Assembly: GCA_025603075.1 (NCBI GenBank)
Contig: MU626261.1
Coordinates: forward strand, 124,001 to 188,000
Reading direction: 5' to 3'
Length of the DNA: 64,000 nucleotides
DNA from: Neoconidiobolus thromboides FSU 785
Taxonomy: Eukaryota > Fungi > Entomophthoromycota
Shown: positions 13,048 through 26,200 of the stretch, piece by piece
How positions within the stretch are numbered: the stretch's first letter is position 1
Layout: every line of letters begins with the position of its first letter
Program-made: the position numbers and the translations under genes
The notes under the pieces: generated by a model
Seen by the model: the letters and a program-made list of their open reading frames with translations, nothing else
Database searches by the model: none
What the model was told of the DNA's origin: nothing

Positions 13048-13171
13048 CACTATTTGAGCACAAAATTTATTAGTAAAATTCTTAACAAAAATACATCACC
13101 AATTAAAAGATGGTCAAAAATTACAACAATTGAACAGAATTTTTCGAGGTACTCAGTACTTAAAGGGTTAA
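13048..13171. mobile_element. Composite remnant: family A right half (13048-13100) next to family B right end (13132-13171)
   Basis: cactatttgagcacaaaatttattagtaaaattcttaacaaaaatacatcacc is family A. gaacagaatttttcgaggtactcagtacttaaagggttaa is family B and ends GGG-TTAA. Confidence 0.6.
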
Positions 13172-13375
13172 TAACAAGTGGCTTTAATTTGCTAACACGA
13201 ACAAATTTGAATTTTTACGTTTTGTTTTAAATATATAAACCATTGGTTAACTATTGTTGACCAATTAAAAGACTCTAAGCCTTTCACATTAAAAAAGGAT
13301 AAATCAACTGCGTAGATGAATTTTTTAAGCTTTCATTTTTTATCGACTTGCACATTTCAATAACCGAAAATAAAA

Positions 13376-15941
13376 ATGAGCGGTAGTAATAGCGACAGTG
13401 ACAATTCATCCTCACCTGAAAATAATTCAAGTTCTAAATTTAAAACCAGTGATAGCAATAGTAGCCCCCACATTACACCGATAGAAGAAATTAATGAAGT
13501 AATATCTCAAACTAGTCAATTAAAATATCAATCACAAAATGGATTATTTCAATTAGAAGCAGAGGAAGATGAAAAAAAGAAGGCTCATGAACCAGATTCT
13601 TTATTACAAATGGAAAGCTCCACACCACCTACCCAGATTAGACCTGATGATTTGGATGTCAATATTGAGTTTAAAATCAATTCAGAGAATTCAAATAATA
13701 TTGGATATTTAAGAGGTGTTGTCGGTGGGAGAATGCAACGTAAATATTAAGCTATTATTATTCCTATACCCTAACTGTTTTTTTGCTTCCTTTAGATTAT
13801 TGGATTGAAAAAAATAAAAGTTATTGGTTTGGTAGAAGTCATAAATGGTAAGATTTTATAAGTCTTAAAAGTCAGGATTGGTTTGATCTTTTTTATAATA
13901 GTGATTATCCATTAGCAGCATCTCCTAATGGGTTTTTATCTAGCAAACATTTTATGTTATCATCGGTAAATTGAATTTTTATATTTGCTATGTTTATTTT
14001 TGGCTTAATAACTTTAGGTATGTCAAAAAGAATCGGATTATTATCCAGTAGTTATAACAGTAATTAGTTTTTTTATATTTTATAATAATTTATTTAATTC
14101 ATTTTAGGATAATAGTTCAAATGGAACATTAAGTATGTTGATAGTATTAATTTATCTATTTTTTGTATTAATAATATTTTTATAGTTAATGGAGTTAATT
14201 TAGTCAAAGGAAAACCAACATTAATTGCACAAGCTTCAGCTATTGATTGTGATGAATTTACTCGTAAATTGTTTTATTATTAATTGTATTTAAAATAGAA
14301 ATTTAATATGATTTCATTAATATAGAATTAGTATTCTTTTATTTAAGAGGTGATCCAGGGAAAGAATTTATGGTAATAACTGAATATATAATATAATTAT
14401 TATATCAAATATAATGATTTATTTTAGAGTCATAATGGTTTATTAGTAACTTCAACAACACTTGGAAAGTAAAGATTTTACAACAAAGTCGTATTGAATT
14501 ATTCTTATTGATGGTTTGACTTTTTTTTAGGGGAGCCTTTGCAAGGGTGAATTTTGGTTTAGATTTAAATAAAACTACTCAATGTGCAGTTAAAATATTA
14601 ACTAAATCTAGGCTGGGTTGGGGAAGTAATAACCCAAAAGCAAATAATATTACAAATGAAATTAAAATACTAAAATCTTTGGTTCAAGTAAGTATACTAT
14701 TTAATGTTATAATTTTATAATGAAAACAATTACTAACCACTTAGTCTAATATTATTAAAATTGTGGATGTAATTGATAGTAATCGTACATTATGTATCTT
14801 TTTACCTTAGTAAATTAATTATTTTAAGTTTAAAATTGAAGTTATAATAATTATTTTATTTTATAGTGTCTCTGGTGGTGATTTACATAATTATATTGTT
14901 ACTCAAGAAAGAAAAAAAATACCTGAAGTTAGGGCTGCTTATATCTTTTTTCAAGTTGCTAGAGCCTTAGAAGTAAGATTTACTATACTAATATGAATGA
15001 AATTTAATAGGGTTTTTCTTAGTATTTACACTCAAGAGGAGTAGCCCATCGGGGTAAGGATTTAATACTTTATACTGTTTCTAATAATTTTACTAATTTT
15101 TATATTTTTATTTTTAATTAGATGTCAAAGTAATTATATAATCAAACTATATATTATATAAGTTTATAACGTTAATTAATTTAGCCTGAAAATATATTAT
15201 TAAATAGTACTGGATTATTTCCGCATGTTTATGTGACTGATTTTGGAATGGCCAGAGTAACTGGAAATACAATTATGCATTCGATGTGTGGCACTTATCA
15301 ATATTTAGCACCTGAAATTATTAAATCCAATCAATTGATTGATGAAGATGATCCAATTGTTCAAGTGGGTTATGATTGCAAAGTAGATTGCTGGTCAGCA
15401 GGTGTATTATTATATGCTATGCTTTCAGGTAAGTGATATTTACTATAATAGTTATATATATATTATATAATGTATAAAATATACTAATATTAATTTTTAT
15501 CTAGGTACATTACCCTTTTCACAAGATGACGATGCAACAAACCATGAAGCTTTATTCAAACAAATTGTACGTGGTAAATTAAATTTTAATCATGAAAGTT
15601 GGGATAATGTGTCACCATCAGGTAAATTTAAAAACCAAATATTATATAAATAATAATACCAAAACTAACGTTTACTCGTATTAGCTCGATCTTTAGTTAT
15701 GAAATTAATTCATGTGAATATATTATCACGATATGATATGAAGCAAACTTTATCACATGCATTTATTAAAAAATATTTTAATATAATTGCTGAAAAATAT
15801 GCAGAAATTGAACCAGGATTTAAAGGTTTAACCCACGAAGACTTAAGTAAAAAATTTTATCCTCAAAATTATTTGGCTTTTGTAGTTAAAAGGAAGGCTA
15901 ATCAAAGCCAAGCAACTGACAGTCCAATGAAGAGAAGATAG
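13376..15941 (+). CDS. FHA-domain Ser/Thr kinase (Chk2/Cds1/Dun1/Mek1 family), about 16 exons
   Basis: FHA motifs YWFGRSH, LSSKHF and DNSSNGTL|INGV. Kinase motifs LGK|GAFARV, CAVKIL, NEIKIL, HR|DVK|PEN, DFGMAR, CGTYQYLAPE and VDCWSAGVLLY. SQ/TQ dipeptides lie N-terminal to the FHA. Confidence 0.88.
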
Positions 15942-16220
15942 ATGATGCGAAATGGAAGATGATAGTGAATTTAAGTAAAATATAGAACTCTTTTGAACGA
16001 TGATTTGACGAGACTTACTCTTTGAATTCTCATGTTTATTTGAGTTAATCATTTTTTCTATATAATAAATGGTAATAAAGGAAATATTGAAAAAAATGAT
16101 AATAAAATTTGAACCAATTGATTTGGGTTATTTAATCTAAATATTTAGCTTAAGTTTTGTTAATAAAATTAATTGAATTTTTTAAATAATTTTAATAAAT
16201 AAATAAAATATTAGAACAAA

Positions 16221-17031
16221 ATGAAAAGAGTTTCAAGAGCTAATTTATATAATGAAGAATCAGAAGATGAAGATATCAAGTTAGATCAAACATTAATTAA
16301 TCAAATGAATCAAAAGTTGGCTCAACGTTTACCATTTGATATTAATATGGCAGAAGGGGATAATGATGAGATAGAAAAAGAAGAAGAAAAAAAAGTACTA
16401 GAAAAGGATGAAGAGGAAGAAGATTTGCAAGTAAATACAACTAATTATAATAAAAAATAAAAGTTTAATAAAAATGAACCATATTATATAGGTATTTCGA
16501 TTATTTTCTAGTGTAGAAGCTAAAAAAATTACAGTCGAACCGACTATTAAAGTAATAAAAAGGGGTCCAGAATATTATTTAGCTAACGAGTAAGTTAAAT
16601 TTTAGAATAGAAAATAGTTTTTATTTGAAGAGATTATGTAAAAAATTATTAAAGTTAAATATTTTTCTAGAAACGAAAATAAATTACAAGAATATGAATC
16701 GGCAGCAACAAAGTATGAAGATATTTTAAGAGAATCTAAATTACCATGGGTAAGATAGCTATGAATCATTTATAAATATCTATTCTTAACAAATTCACCA
16801 TCATTATAGCCAAACTGTTTTTATTCCCATAAAGTTAAAGTTATCCCATATGAAGTTCCTAAACCAAAAGTTAAATTAAGTAAAGCTAAAAAATTAAGAA
16901 TCAAATCAAAGGCTAAAAAGGTAGAAAAGATCAATGAAAAGCGTAGAAAAGAACTGGAAGAAAAAGAATTTGATAGAAAAAGGAAGTACCAGCATCAATT
17001 TAGAAGAATGGGTGGGAATAGAAAGTTTTGA
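16221..17031 (+). CDS. DUF2011-like fungal protein, 4 exons
   Basis: Acidic N-terminus, then VFRLFS...PEYYLA...YESAATKYEDILRESKLPW|PNCFYSHKVKV and a basic C-terminus. This matches my recollection of the DUF2011 pattern. Confidence 0.6.
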
Positions 17032-17293
17032 TAATAGGAGAGGAAGGGGGGTGAAAGAAATAGAAAAGAGGTGAAAGATATAAAGAAAGGGAGTGGAAGA
17101 TATAAAATAAAATGGAATTTTTTTTATAAATTTATAATCCTTTTTATTACTTTTTCAAATTTAATGTATTTTTTTTATAAATTTGTTGTTAATTCCCATC
17201 CAAAAATTTAGAAAATTGAAATTTTTCAATCTAAAATAATTTAGCCACATCAACTCTCAATTTTTTTATTCAAAAAGAACAATAATTTATAAC

Positions 17294-18603
17294 ATGTCAT
17301 TAAGTTTTGAAAGTTGTATTAATAAATTAGAAGAATTAAGAATATCAGGTGAAAGAAAAAGTGAAGAGATATTAACTATTGGACATCATTTATTAGATAA
17401 TAATAATTATACATCAAAGATAGGAGATGAAAGTAAACTATAATTTATCATATTAAATCTAATTAACATCCTTGATTTTAGTCTGGCTCATTTATGAACA
17501 AGTAATAACAGCTGCCATTGATTTAGGAGAATTAGATTTCGCAAAGGTAAATCAATCTTTCAAGCATTCTAAACTAAATAAGATTAATAATTAATCCACT
17601 TAAAAGGAACTATTATTAAAAGTAGGCCAAAAATTTCCAGATTCAGCAAGATTTACACGATTATGTGGTATGAGTTTAGAGGGTGAAGGTAGATTTGAAG
17701 AAGCTATATTGTTATACAATAATTTATTAAATGATATTGAAACTCATTTAGTAAGCATTTACGATGATTCTATTTAAATACAATAATATTAAATTTATAA
17801 TATTTATTAAATATTTTTTATATAGCCTACATTAAAAAGAAGAATAGCTATTAATAAAACAGTCGGTAACATAAAAGAAACTATTATTGGATTAAATGAT
17901 TATTTAAAACTCAATCCAATGGATATGGAAGCTTGGAAAGAATTAAGTAATATTTATATCGATGATAATAAGTAAATTCAATTTAACTGTTAAATAATTA
18001 ATAATATTTTAATGTTTTATTTTACTATTTTAGATATCTTGAAGCTAGCCATTGTATTGAAGAATTAATATTATTTGAGCCACAAAATTTTATATATCAT
18101 TTAAAATATGCAGAAGTAAGTTGATATAAACTGTTGATAATTAGCACTAAATTAATATTCCTATTATAATAGATATTATATACTTTAGAACATTTTCATC
18201 TTGCATTAAAATCGTATTGTAAAGTAGTGGAGTTAAGTAAAAATCATTTACGTGGATTTTATGGAATTAAAATGGTAAGTTTAACATTATTTAGTATTCT
18301 ATGGGAATATATACATGTTCATTTTTATATAGCGTAGAGTCAAAAAAATAATCCAATATTTAAGCAAAAACAAATATTCCTATATATTATTATTTCGATC
18401 TTTGTTATTTTTTTATTTTATTTTATTAATCAATTATTTTTATTTAGTGTGTTAAGAAACTATTAAATAGTAAAGAACCTAAAGATAGTAAATTATTAAA
18501 AGATTTGGATATCTTAGCAGTTAAACAAATAATTGAAAAGTATTCAAAAGAAAATGCAACAAAGGAAATGAAAAGTATAATGGAATTGTTTATTAAAAAT
18601 TGA
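17294..18603 (+). CDS. EMC2: ER membrane protein complex subunit 2 (TPR protein), 7 exons
   Basis: WLIYEQVITAAID, KFPDSARFTRLCGMSLE, LKRRIAINK, DMEAWKELSNIY, CIEELILFEPQN and LRGFYGI. Confidence 0.9.
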
Positions 18604-18830
18604 TTTAATGATTTAATGATTTATTAATTGAATATAATTGATTTTTTTGCGAGTTGTTTTAATTTAGTTAAATTTTTATTATAGATTTATTTAATACATA
18701 ATTTTTTTTAAAATAGATTATTTTTAGTCAAAATCAATATATTACTATAACTTTATATAATTATAAGAATCATCATTCCTGATTTATTAATTAGCGGTTC
18801 CTTTTTATTTATTTGTGAACCTTAGTATAT

Positions 18831-18927
18831 GGGGGTGTTTCTTGTGTTTAAGAATTTTACTAACAATCTTTTCACTCAAATAGCGCTTAAAAAATGGAAA
18901 AATAATGAAATTAAAAAAAGCATCCCC
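18831..18927 (+). mobile_element. Family A MITE-like element, full length
   Basis: ATAT|gggggtgtttcttgtgtttaagaattttactaacaatc...caaatagcgcttaaaaaatggaaaaataatgaaattaaaaaaagcatcccc|ATAT. Confidence 0.85.
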
Positions 18928-21900
18928 ATATAATATCATAATATTAAATAGTACTTTTTTTATCTTAAAGTAAAAACAAACACAATTTAACCATTCAATA
19001 GTCAATTAAGTTTTTCTATAACTTTTAAGTGCATTCTAATTAATTATATAATTAATCTTACAAATATATAATTGTAGATAAAAAATTGATTTAATAATAG
19101 TAATTCAATTTTAGTTCAATTATAAATATAATTCAGGATAAGAGAAAAATCAATTTCAAATAAATAAAGTTAAAGTCATAAATCAAGAAACTTATTATTA
19201 AATTATCAAAATATGAAGTTTATTTTCAATAGTATAATTTAATAATAAATTGACAAATTTTTAAAAGAAATATACTAAAAAGCTTTATTTATGTTCTATT
19301 TTATTTTTATGTGGTAATTTTTTATAAAATCATTTGAAAAATATGTATTAAAGTTAGTAAATTATTTGATGACTATATATGCTGATGAAAATTGAAAAAT
19401 GATGCCAAGTGAAGTGGAAACAAATTAATTAAATATTCCAGTAAATGAAACAAAAGTAAATAAGCCTTTATAATTGAGACTTAGTTCAAATATATCATAA
19501 GTGAGTGACTTAAGATTCTATGCTGTTTAATGAATTGTTTCTATTAAAGTGGGATTAAGGGATAGTAAAAAGGAGTAAATACTTTATTAATATTCAACTT
19601 CTTGATAAAGTTTTTAAGGGGATAATCTATAATTGTATAATTTACAATACATAATTGTAATAAAAGATAAAAAATAAGAAATAAAAAATGATATTAGAAA
19701 TACTTATTATAAAGTTCAATATCATTATTGAGTTAATTATACTATATGTATCTTTTTTATTCCTCTATTTAACATGTATATGAATTCAACGATAAAACAA
19801 ATAGAATATAAAGAATAGTACAAAACTTGATAGTTTATTATGTTTTTTTTTAGTAATCTATACTTTAACTTTCATATAATTAAATGTTTTAATTTAAAAA
19901 AAATAGGGTTTCTATATCAAAATCAAAAGAATTAAAGAGTTATTAATTTCTACTTTACTTTTTTGTATTTTATATGCTATACCTCAGCTGATTACCAGTA
20001 TTTTTTTAATCTCATCTATAAGAACTAGAAATTGATTCCATGTTTGTTGCCTTTACTTTCCCTTTTTAACTATGAATTGTATAAAAGCACTAGTATTGAA
20101 TGTTGTCTATTTAGATAAGAGTAGAAGACAAGTTGAAATATGAAAATGTCTTTTGATTTCAGTATTTTACTAACATTTTTTAAATTATGTATAGTGTAAA
20201 AAGTGATCGAGTTAATAACTAGAAAAATGATTTGTTTTTTTTGAATGGAAATCGAAATTATAGTAATGTTTTTCTTGTTTAAGAGTTTCACTGACAAATA
20301 TTTATTTTTTGTTGTATAAAAAGTGGACAAAAAAGTAAAATTAAAAAAGACATTTATGTTCTATAATAATTATCTCATCTAAAAAATATGTCAAAAATTC
20401 ATTTTTATATCATTTATCTGTCTCTGTCACCTTAATTACTTTTTATTTCGTATCAATAGGCTAATAAAAACTGGCAATGTGAGTTCCTAATACTAGTTAA
20501 GTGAAATTTCAAAGTGACTCAGATTTGTAATTATCCCATTGATAAAAAATGAGTTGATCCGCAAACTTGTTTATTTAATAAAAGAGTTCCTTTATCAATC
20601 ATAATAGTAATATACTAACTTAATGAATTATGAAATTTTAATTATTATTCACTATTATTTTTTGAATGACTTATATGGGTGGTATCTGAAATTTACTTTT
20701 GAATTAATACAAGGACTCATTCTTTTATTCTTTTGTAAAACTTTTTTTTCTAGTATGATAGATTTTCAAACAAAAATGAAATTCAATTAAAAATGGTAAA
20801 TTAAAATTTCATAAAATGAATTCCATTTTCTCACGAAAAAATAAATAATAATTAGGAATTAAAATTTCTAATAAATCAATATAGTAAAGAGAGTCAAAAT
20901 GAGGTATAATGAACTAATAAATGTTTTTTTTAAAATTACTGTTTATGTTATGAAATGAGTATGGTATGATTTTATTGTTCATATGATACGATAATTAAAA
21001 TTATTGAATGACGGAGGAAATCTAAAGGGCCAAGCAATGATATAGAATACTAAGCAAAATGGGATAAACTGTTTTATTTTTGATTTAAAGGCTTGATATT
21101 CTATTCAGTACCCTTACCGTTTAGGCTTACCTTTATTTTTTAAACAATACACGCCATTTTTGTAACTATAATAATAAATAATTTAAATAACTTTATTTCA
21201 AAGACCCTGTATTTTTTCAAATAATTAATAGAAACTATAAATTCTATCATAAAAATAGATTCTTTTATTCAGACTGCCTCATAGTTATGCTATAGTTATC
21301 AAGATCATATTATAGTGGAGTTATTTAATGGAATAGTTACATTAATAAAGTCACCTTCAAGTATTATGTTTATGTTTATGTTTATGTTATAGAACCTGAG
21401 TTTTTTGAAATATTTAAAGATAAATTTTGTTTTATTTTTTTTGTCAAAAAAAGGATTTCTACTAATAAAGTTATATCAATAGAACTCAATAAATTAGAAA
21501 TAAATAAAAATAGTAAATGATTATTAAAACTATTAAAATAGGGGGTATAATAAACATAATTTTATAAATTAAATAAATTTTTTATTATCATTTTATATAT
21601 TAAAAGTAGCCTTTTTCTTCTATTAAATCCGTTTATTCTATAATGTTTAATAAACTATTGAGATCCACTTGATTAATTTATTAGACAACTAAACACTTCA
21701 TTTAATAAATGAATTATCCTAAAATACTCTCACTCCGCCCCATCCCTAATTAAACAAAAAAACATTTTTAATTATCCGTTATTTTCCATTTGAGAATGTA
21801 AATTATCTTAAAAACACTTGATAACAAACTTGTAATAATTTTCATTTAGCGTATCCTCAGAAAATGATATCGCAACTACTCATTTTTATATTCATTATCA

Positions 21901-22296
21901 AATCCTTAAAAACTAATATTCCAAGTTATTCAACCATTCAAAAAGAATATGGTTTTTGTTCGATTAAGCGTAAAACATCGACAATAAAGCCCATTCTATT
22001 CTTAAAAGCCATCATAACTTGCATCATTTTATTCTTTCAATACAAAAAATTCATTAAAGCATAATCTTAATCTGCTTCTTTAGCTTGAAAAAAGTGGTGG
22101 ATTTTCACTAATCAACTGACATCATAATATAAAACATTAATTTAAAAAAAGATACAGACGTATCCATAACAAACATAGAAAGAGTACTAATATATAATTA
22201 AAATAAATAATTGCTTTATTTGCTAAGAAAGAGACGAATATCAACTCCTTGATAGTATTAATCTTTTTTTTTTAAACATGCTTATATAATAAAAAC

Positions 22297-23235
22297 TTAA
22301 ACCAAATTATGATTATTTACAAAGGTAGGAGTAGGTTGTACAAAACCATGCCAATAAAATTCAGGTTGCCATTTAGTAATTAACTCAGGTACTTTGAAAC
22401 AATACTCCATTTTGGGTACCATAGAAGGTATAGTTAAAGGTGGCAATAAGGTAGGATGGGGTAAATTTAACATGCCATTTTGTGGATGAAAACTGATACA
22501 ATTTTGAGGAACATTAGTATATGTTAAATTGGGTTGATAATTCACCATAGAAATACTTTGAGACCTTTTCCTTTCATTATTTCTAATATAATGTGGATTC
22601 ATTTGTCTCCTTGTAACTTTACCACTAGTATAAGTATGTTGTTGATGGTGAACAATAAGATTATTAGGTCTATACCAAGTAGTATTATTACAAAAATAAT
22701 TTAATTTAAGCCAATCTTGTATCATTTCATTTTCAACTACACTTAATTTATACTCTAATTTATTTGCTAATAATCTTTCAGCTCTATTTAATGTAACTGC
22801 ATCAAAGCATGTGATTGGGGCCCAACTATTAGTAAAGTAAGGACTATCTTCTAACATTTTATAAGCTAACATTAAGCTACCAGTAAATAATAATGTTATA
22901 TCTTGACGTTGAAACCATAATATGTCAGTACTTAAACGTTTGATATATTGAATAGTGGCTAATAATATTTGATTAGTGGCGTTAGTGGCCATGAGTAACG
23001 TTCTTATATAACTGGTGATGGAAGCTTTATTGTAAATTTGTGGACTATGTGTGTTTGTTGTTGGTAAAAAATGATTAAAGATCCAATTAGCTAATACATC
23101 TATTGGATATCGTTTATTTTCTTGTACCAAAGATTGTAAACTCGAACAAGTTGCTGGTCTTGGTTTATAATATGGTAATGAATGAAGTTGCGCTTGGGAC
23201 ACATGTCTTCCTCTTGTTGTCTTATGATAATTCAT
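22297..23235 (-). CDS. Pho85-type (Pcl/Clg1-like) cyclin, intronless
   Basis: Cyclin N-terminal box: ILLATIQYIKRL, LLFTGSLMLAYKMLEDSPYFTNSWA, LNRAERLLANKLEYKL. Confidence 0.85.
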   Translation of the reverse strand: MNYHKTTRGRHVSQAQLHSLPYYKPRPATCSSLQSLVQENKRYPIDVLANWIFNHFLPTTNTHSPQIYNKASITSYIRTLLMATNATNQILLATIQYIKRLSTDILWFQRQDITLLFTGSLMLAYKMLEDSPYFTNSWAPITCFDAVTLNRAERLLANKLEYKLSVVENEMIQDWLKLNYFCNNTTWYRPNNLIVHHQQHTYTSGKVTRRQMNPHYIRNNERKRSQSISMVNYQPNLTYTNVPQNCISFHPQNGMLNLPHPTLLPPLTIPSMVPKMEYCFKVPELITKWQPEFYWHGFVQPTPTFVNNHNLV

Positions 23236-26200
23236 TATATTTTTATTTTTTTTGGCTGTGTTCTAAATTTTATATTTAAAATAAATAAAAATTGAAGTAA
23301 ATTTATTGTATTTATATACTTTTTAAAAAAATCTAGATATAGTATAAGCATCACTTATGAATAGAAAGCTGGAATGTTAAGCTTGGAACTTAATTGATTG
23401 GTGTAGCTACTTAATTAAGGAATTTGGAGGGTAGAACTAGGTTTTAAATTAAAAAGAGATTCCAAGATTTAAGTTATAAATAAAACAGTTAATTTATTTT
23501 TTATATAATTAAAGAATAAACATTAATTAAGATGTCTATTTTCTACATTAAAAAGAAAGGTGGTTATTATTTTAACTTTGTAACTTTATGAGCAGTAAAT
23601 AAAACATATTATTTTTATGTTATAATTTCTTATTCTCTCTCCTCATTTTCTCCTCTTATCTATGCTTGTTTACATGAATTGATTGGCTGCGAATTTACCT
23701 CCTTTTGATTTTAAGTAATGATAATCATTCTTTTTTAAATAATGAATAAGAACTTGCTTTATTAAAGTTATATAAAAAATATACAAATCAATATTGAATC
23801 AATTAATTCACAATATAATATTAATTTAATATTTCTATTATAATATCATAATTGAATTTAGTATATTAACTTAATCTATTTTATTAATTGTTGAACTACT
23901 ATATTAATAACTATTGGTTATGTTCGTTTATTTAAAAGTAAGGGGAAATTGATCCTAAAATTTTACTCAGTTATTGTATTCGTATTATCTTGTTAGTAAT
24001 TTTATTATGATAGTAATGATATTAATATAAAATAGATATAATTACTACCCCTTTTCTTTATGTTACTTAAGTTATGCATAATAACTTGAATCATAAGGTC
24101 TTTTACTAATTTTCCATAAACCAATAAATAGAATATCAAGTTTATAAGTTTAGTCATAATAAGCAATATAAACACAAATAAAATTAAGGAGCACTCTGCC
24201 TTATTTTTTTCGAGACTATTGCTAATAATAATATAGCCTTAATTCATTTTTAATTTATATGATTCTTTTTATGTTCTCGAACATTTTTTATTGACTTAAT
24301 AATAATACATAAAGTTATATATATTTATAATAATATATATCAAAATGTACAGCAATTACTATTTCATCTTAATAATTTATTACCTTGAATTAACTTTGAG
24401 CTTCCAACTATCTATTAAAGGAGAGAACGTTTTGAATGAAATTGGATCACCACAACATTGATTTTGAGTTAACTTTTTTATCTTATATTTTTACTGTTAG
24501 TTAAATAATAAATTAAACATGGATTTATATTAATATGTTTCGCTTAATTCATTTATAAATTTATAAACTTATAGATGAACCTTAAACTCCCCCCACACCT
24601 TGTTAGTTTAATTCAAAAATATATCTATGAACTTTGAATGACTTAGTACAAGTAATATTTAGATAATTGAATTGAGCTAAGGAGTTGTAATTTTGTTTAA
24701 AAAAGGTGTTTATAATATAGATATTTGTGATTATAATATAATAACTCAATATCACTAAACTATGATATCAAAGCTTAGAAATTAACATTCTTTTTTAATA
24801 TCGCTTTTAAGCTTAATGATATCGTTTTTTATCATATTTTATGGGGTTTGATTTTATAGTAGTTGACTTTCAATTTAAAACGATAAAAGTTATAAAGTGT
24901 GAAAGTCTAGTTACATCGTCATTATTTTCAAACTTATAAAGCATAAATGCCAAGTGATTTTTTATTTAAGGTTTATAAAAAGAATCAATCATTTCATAGA
25001 AAATCAATGATAGATTTATTAATATCAAGTAACAGTATTAGTAATATACTAATTTTAAAAAAGAGTGGGTTTTTTTAAAATGAAAAATTAATGACACGTA
25101 ATTATTATTTTCATAATTTTACAATATAGAGATAAGCGACATCAATTGATGTTTGTATTTTATCAAGTAAAAAAGTGAAAGAACAATGAAATATTATTGC
25201 CATTATGCCTTTAAAAAGAAACTACATGAATTCCTATTCATTGTTTGAAAAAGTCATGCTATACAAAAATTTCACTTACTAAATTTAAAAAGCGGAAATT
25301 TCACGTTCATTTATGAAAATAGAAAATAGCTAATTAAAGATATCACAATTCAGAGATATCAATGTTTAATGGATTAGCTACTATCACTTTTGATATGAGG
25401 TTCTACAAATATAGTACTTCACTAATTAAATGGCTTAAACACAACCTACTTAATATACTAAATTAATAAGGTATAATTTATAACTTTGAAGCTATTACTG
25501 TTAATAACAAGCTGCTATAATTGACAAAATTATCAATGTATTTTTTTACGAATGAAAAACTTAATATTTTTTTTGATAAAGAACTAATTTTAATAATGGA
25601 ATATAAATTACTAGTAAATCTTTTAATAAACCCAAATCCCCAATTCTATTCTTAACCCTAGCTTTAACATTAATACTAATACTAGTTCCAACATTAGGGG
25701 ATATATTTTTTTTGTTCAAGAATTCTAGTAATAGCCTTTCTACTCAGATATTACTTAAAAAAATAAAGTGATGAAGCCAAAAAAACAGACAGACGACTTA
25801 TTAAGATCTAAACTGAATTTTAATTAAAAATCAATATACCAGCTCAACTTAAGACTGTCACAAAGTCACTAACCCCTTAAAAGTTAATTGTAGTTGTCCT
25901 TTCTGACTCAATTATCATTATTGTTTTGGTCATAACTTATTTAGTTGAACTATTGGTATAACCATACAATATCCCTACCTCTTATTATATTATGGGTACT
26001 AAACTATAGATCATCTGTAAAACATCACATAGTATTAAAATTAATCAATCAGTCATTTTTATTACTCTGTTTATATATTTACTTTATGCTAATAATTTTT
26101 ACTATAAATCACAAAATATTCCATTATACCCGCTTATTGAGTATTTATTTTCAACTTACAATGACTATAAGGTTTAGTTATTTTTTAATTTCGTTTAGCT

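Noticed and set aside
18805-19005. 66-aa minus-strand ORF
   Set aside because: It is mostly a read-through of the family A element at 18831-18927, with no protein motif.
19300-19650. Hydrophobic stop-interrupted frame on the minus strand, a possible membrane-protein relic
   Set aside because: AT-rich DNA routinely gives F/I/L-rich frames, and no family motif is recognisable.
25769-25815. Box C (TGATGA) and box D (CTGA) spaced like a C/D snoRNA
   Set aside because: The TGATGA is part of a family A fragment. There is no terminal stem and no recognisable rRNA guide.
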